Shown in pieces: positions 23,813 through 25,756 of a stretch of DNA of 25,756 nt. Source of the stretch: Deltaproteobacteria bacterium (lineage in GTDB: Bacteria; Myxococcota; Kuafuiibacteriia; Kuafuiibacteriales; Kuafuiibacteriaceae). The notes beneath the pieces are model-generated. The model saw only the letters and a list, made by a program, of their open reading frames with translations. It did no database searches and was not told where the DNA came from. The DNA is taken from positions 1 to 25,756 of the forward strand of contig JAVJQW010000053.1 in the NCBI GenBank assembly GCA_040218735.1, read 5' to 3'. The first letter of the stretch is position 1; each line of letters begins with the position of its first letter. The position numbers and the translations under genes were made by a program.

Positions 23813-24598
23813 TCAGCGCTCGAACGCGGCGTGGATCCTGTCGTTTGCATCGGTGTTTGCGTCCGGCGGGAGCGGGTTCGAGGAGCGACGCCAGCGTTCG
23901 TACCAGCGACGGTCGAGCGGTGCTTCGAGATCGGCGGGATCGACGGCGGCGATCGTCGTCTCGGACTTCGTCCCGACCGACGGCCCGCGTCCGACGGCGA
24001 AGCCGGCGAGGATCATCGCGGCGCGAACGGAGGTCCCGGCGGCGTAGGTGTGAACGGTGGCGCGTGCTGCACAGACGGCGCGTAGCGCGGTGAAGGCGGC
24101 GACGTTCCAAAGGCTCGGGTTCGCTTGTGGCGCGTAGGGGTCCCAGAACACGACGTCGGCTTGGGCGCCCGGGGTCGTGAGGGTGTCGGGGAGGTCGCCG
24201 CGGACGAAGCGCCAGGCGCCGCGGGGGTCCTCGTAGCTGTGGTGGTCTACGAGGGCCTTCGCGGCGGCGCGATCGGCGTCGTCTTCGAATCCGAAGTCGG
24301 CGGGCGCCTCGCGGAGGACGAGGGCGAGCGCGTCCAGCGTGAGGTCGAAGCTGACGAGTCGGAGCCCGGTTTGGCCGCGGGCGGCGCGCCACGCGGCGAT
24401 GGCGTTCGTCCCGGCGCCGAGGCCTGCGTCGAAGACGGTGAGCGGGCCGTCGGCGAGGCGCGTGGCGATGTGCGCGGGGCCCACGTAGAGCGATTCGGCT
24501 TCGAGGCGCGGACCGAAGGGGTGCATGAGCTCGTCGTGTTCCGCGTCGCGGACGACGCGGTGACCGTCGCGCGTGACGATGACCTCCAGCTCGGACAC
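23813..24598 (-). CDS. Stand-alone MnmC-type (MnmD-like) tRNA mnm5s2U34 methyltransferase domain
   Basis: ELMHP..G...EA..LYV, VFDAGLGAGTNA, DVVFWDPYAPQANPSLWN, TYAAGTSVRAAMILAGF. Confidence 0.85.
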   Translation of the reverse strand: MSELEVIVTRDGHRVVRDAEHDELMHPFGPRLEAESLYVGPAHIATRLADGPLTVFDAGLGAGTNAIAAWRAARGQTGLRLVSFDLTLDALALVLREAPADFGFEDDADRAAAKALVDHHSYEDPRGAWRFVRGDLPDTLTTPGAQADVVFWDPYAPQANPSLWNVAAFTALRAVCAARATVHTYAAGTSVRAAMILAGFAVGRGPSVGTKSETTIAAVDPADLEAPLDRRWYERWRRSSNPLPPDANTDANDRIHAAFER

Positions 24599-24629
24599 GT
24601 TGTGAGGGTGGTTCGACCGGCGAGGGAGA

Positions 24630-25037
24630 TCAACGGCTCGGGTAGATCGTGAAGCGGGTGGCGTCGCAGTCGGTGCACTGGGCGCGGTAGCTCACGTCGA
24701 CGGTCACGGTGCTGCGGGGCGCGCCGCGGACCTCGATGGTCCAGGTGGGCGCGCACGGGCCGTCGCAGCGGAGCGCGCCGAGGGTGGTCGCGTCGGCGAA
24801 GCGGGCGGAGGCGGTGGCGGTGTTCGTGGTGAGTCGCGTGACGACTTCGACGTCGGCGCAGTCGTCGACCTCCACGATCGCACCGACGCCGAGCGTTGCG
24901 ACGCCGGTGTTGTCTAGGGAGATGGCGTACGCGGCCGCCGATTCGGCGCCCGCGATCGTGTGGCCGCACGAGCCGAAGTGGCCGAGTGTGGTGACGGCGG
25001 CGATCAGGGCCGCCGCGCGAAGTCGTAGAGCTGCCAT
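24630..25037 (-). CDS. Hypothetical exported protein/lipoprotein, 135 aa
   Basis: MAALRLRAAALIAAVTTLGHFGSC leader; Cys pairs; overlaps the 3' end of the upstream gene by 34 nt. Confidence 0.5.
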   Translation of the reverse strand: MAALRLRAAALIAAVTTLGHFGSCGHTIAGAESAAAYAISLDNTGVATLGVGAIVEVDDCADVEVVTRLTTNTATASARFADATTLGALRCDGPCAPTWTIEVRGAPRSTVTVDVSYRAQCTDCDATRFTIYPSR

Positions 25038-25525
25038 GTGTTGGCTCCGTGGTTGTGGACGTGGAGGATCACCGGGGTCGCCTCGGGGAACGCATGTGTC
25101 GCGAGGGTGGTGAACGTGTGCGCCTCGGCGGGCCCGGGGATCTCGAGCGTGCGTTCGGCGATGACGGTGTCTTGGACGAGGAGCGCGATGTGGCCCTCCG
25201 CGGGGGCGGGTGCCCGGAGCTGTCCCCACCCGAACGTGACGCGGAGGAGGTCGCCGGGGTGGATGCCTTCGCCGAGCGGTTGGCTCAGCGCGAGGTAGTC
25301 GCAGGACTCCGTGCGGATCTCCGTCGCGAGGCCCTCGTCGCCCCACGCTTCGGGATCACAGCGGAGGTCGGGCGGGCGGTGGGACGCGAGAGGGTCGGCT
25401 TCGGGCGGGACGGGCGCCCACGCGGCGCGATCGATCAGCGGTCGCCACGTGGGCGCGGATCCGGGCGATAGCGGTGGTGGGGGCCCGCAGGCGGCGAGGG
25501 TGGAGAAGGCGAGGAGCGCGCGCAC
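25004..25525 (-). CDS. Hypothetical lipoprotein, 173 aa
   Basis: MRALLAFSTLAA-C lipobox; C-terminal LHVHNHGANTW motif. Confidence 0.7.
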   Translation of the reverse strand: MRALLAFSTLAACGPPPPLSPGSAPTWRPLIDRAAWAPVPPEADPLASHRPPDLRCDPEAWGDEGLATEIRTESCDYLALSQPLGEGIHPGDLLRVTFGWGQLRAPAPAEGHIALLVQDTVIAERTLEIPGPAEAHTFTTLATHAFPEATPVILHVHNHGANTWQLYDFARRP

Positions 25526-25591
25526 ATGCCTTCGTGCCCGCGTCGCCGCGGATCCATGACAGAAATTCGCACGACGCCGAGCGGCGCCCCG

Positions 25592-25756
25592 CTACTTACG
25601 TCGCGCGGACTTCTTGGCCGCGGATTTCTTTGCGGCCGGCTTCTTGGCTACGGATTTCTTTGCGGCCGGCTTCTTGGCTACGGATTTCTTTGCGGCCGGC
25701 TTCTTGGCTACGGATTTCTTTGCGGCCGGCTTCTTGGCTACGGATTTCTTTGCGGC
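25592..25756 (-). CDS. 3' end of a protein with histone-H1-like Lys/Ala/Pro tail (start is outside the window)
   Basis: Reads (AKKPAAKKSV)n...AAKKSAAKKSARRK-stop, TAG at 25594-25592. Confidence 0.8.
   Translation of the reverse strand, partial: AAKKSVAKKPAAKKSVAKKPAAKKSVAKKPAAKKSVAKKPAAKKSAAKKSARRK
25621..25756. repeat. Perfect 30-bp tandem repeat, at least 4.5 copies, running off the window edge
   Basis: Unit CGGATTTCTTTGCGGCCGGCTTCTTGGCTA. Confidence 0.97.

Noticed and set aside
25621-25756. CRISPR array
   Set aside because: Head-to-tail repeats with no spacers; in-frame Lys/Ala coding on the minus strand.

Overview
GC-rich window with a gene style typical of Myxococcota/deltaproteobacteria (inferred from the Ser/Thr kinase-PEGA protein, FHA-sigma54 activators and the HNH family). 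Both edges fall in repeats: the 3' end of a group II intron on the left and a 30-bp Lys/Ala-encoding tandem array on the right. The main feature is a partial non-flagellar type III secretion (T3SS) module at 16.3-23.8 kb. A leftward sctX-like/sctY-like/sctV operon runs into a kinase-TPR-beta-helix operon. A divergent rightward operon encodes a Bsp22/SctA-like tip/filament protein, coiled-coil and hydrophobic translocator-like proteins, and a signal-peptide-less peptidoglycan-binding protein with a caspase-like His/Cys dyad. Sigma54-type motifs face both operons. Elsewhere are a harpin-like protein fused to a lytic-transglycosylase-like domain, an apparently split sigma54 activator (FHA-AAA+ then FHA-HTH), an 83-nt CTAG-bounded double-hairpin repeat with compensatory changes, an HNH gene whose start overlaps the intron end, a 5'-truncated PAP2 gene, and ordinary genes (csbD-like, class V aminotransferase, FlhG/MinD-like ATPase, HDOD, msrB, MnmC-type methyltransferase). 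All family calls are from motif recognition by eye; no database searches were run.
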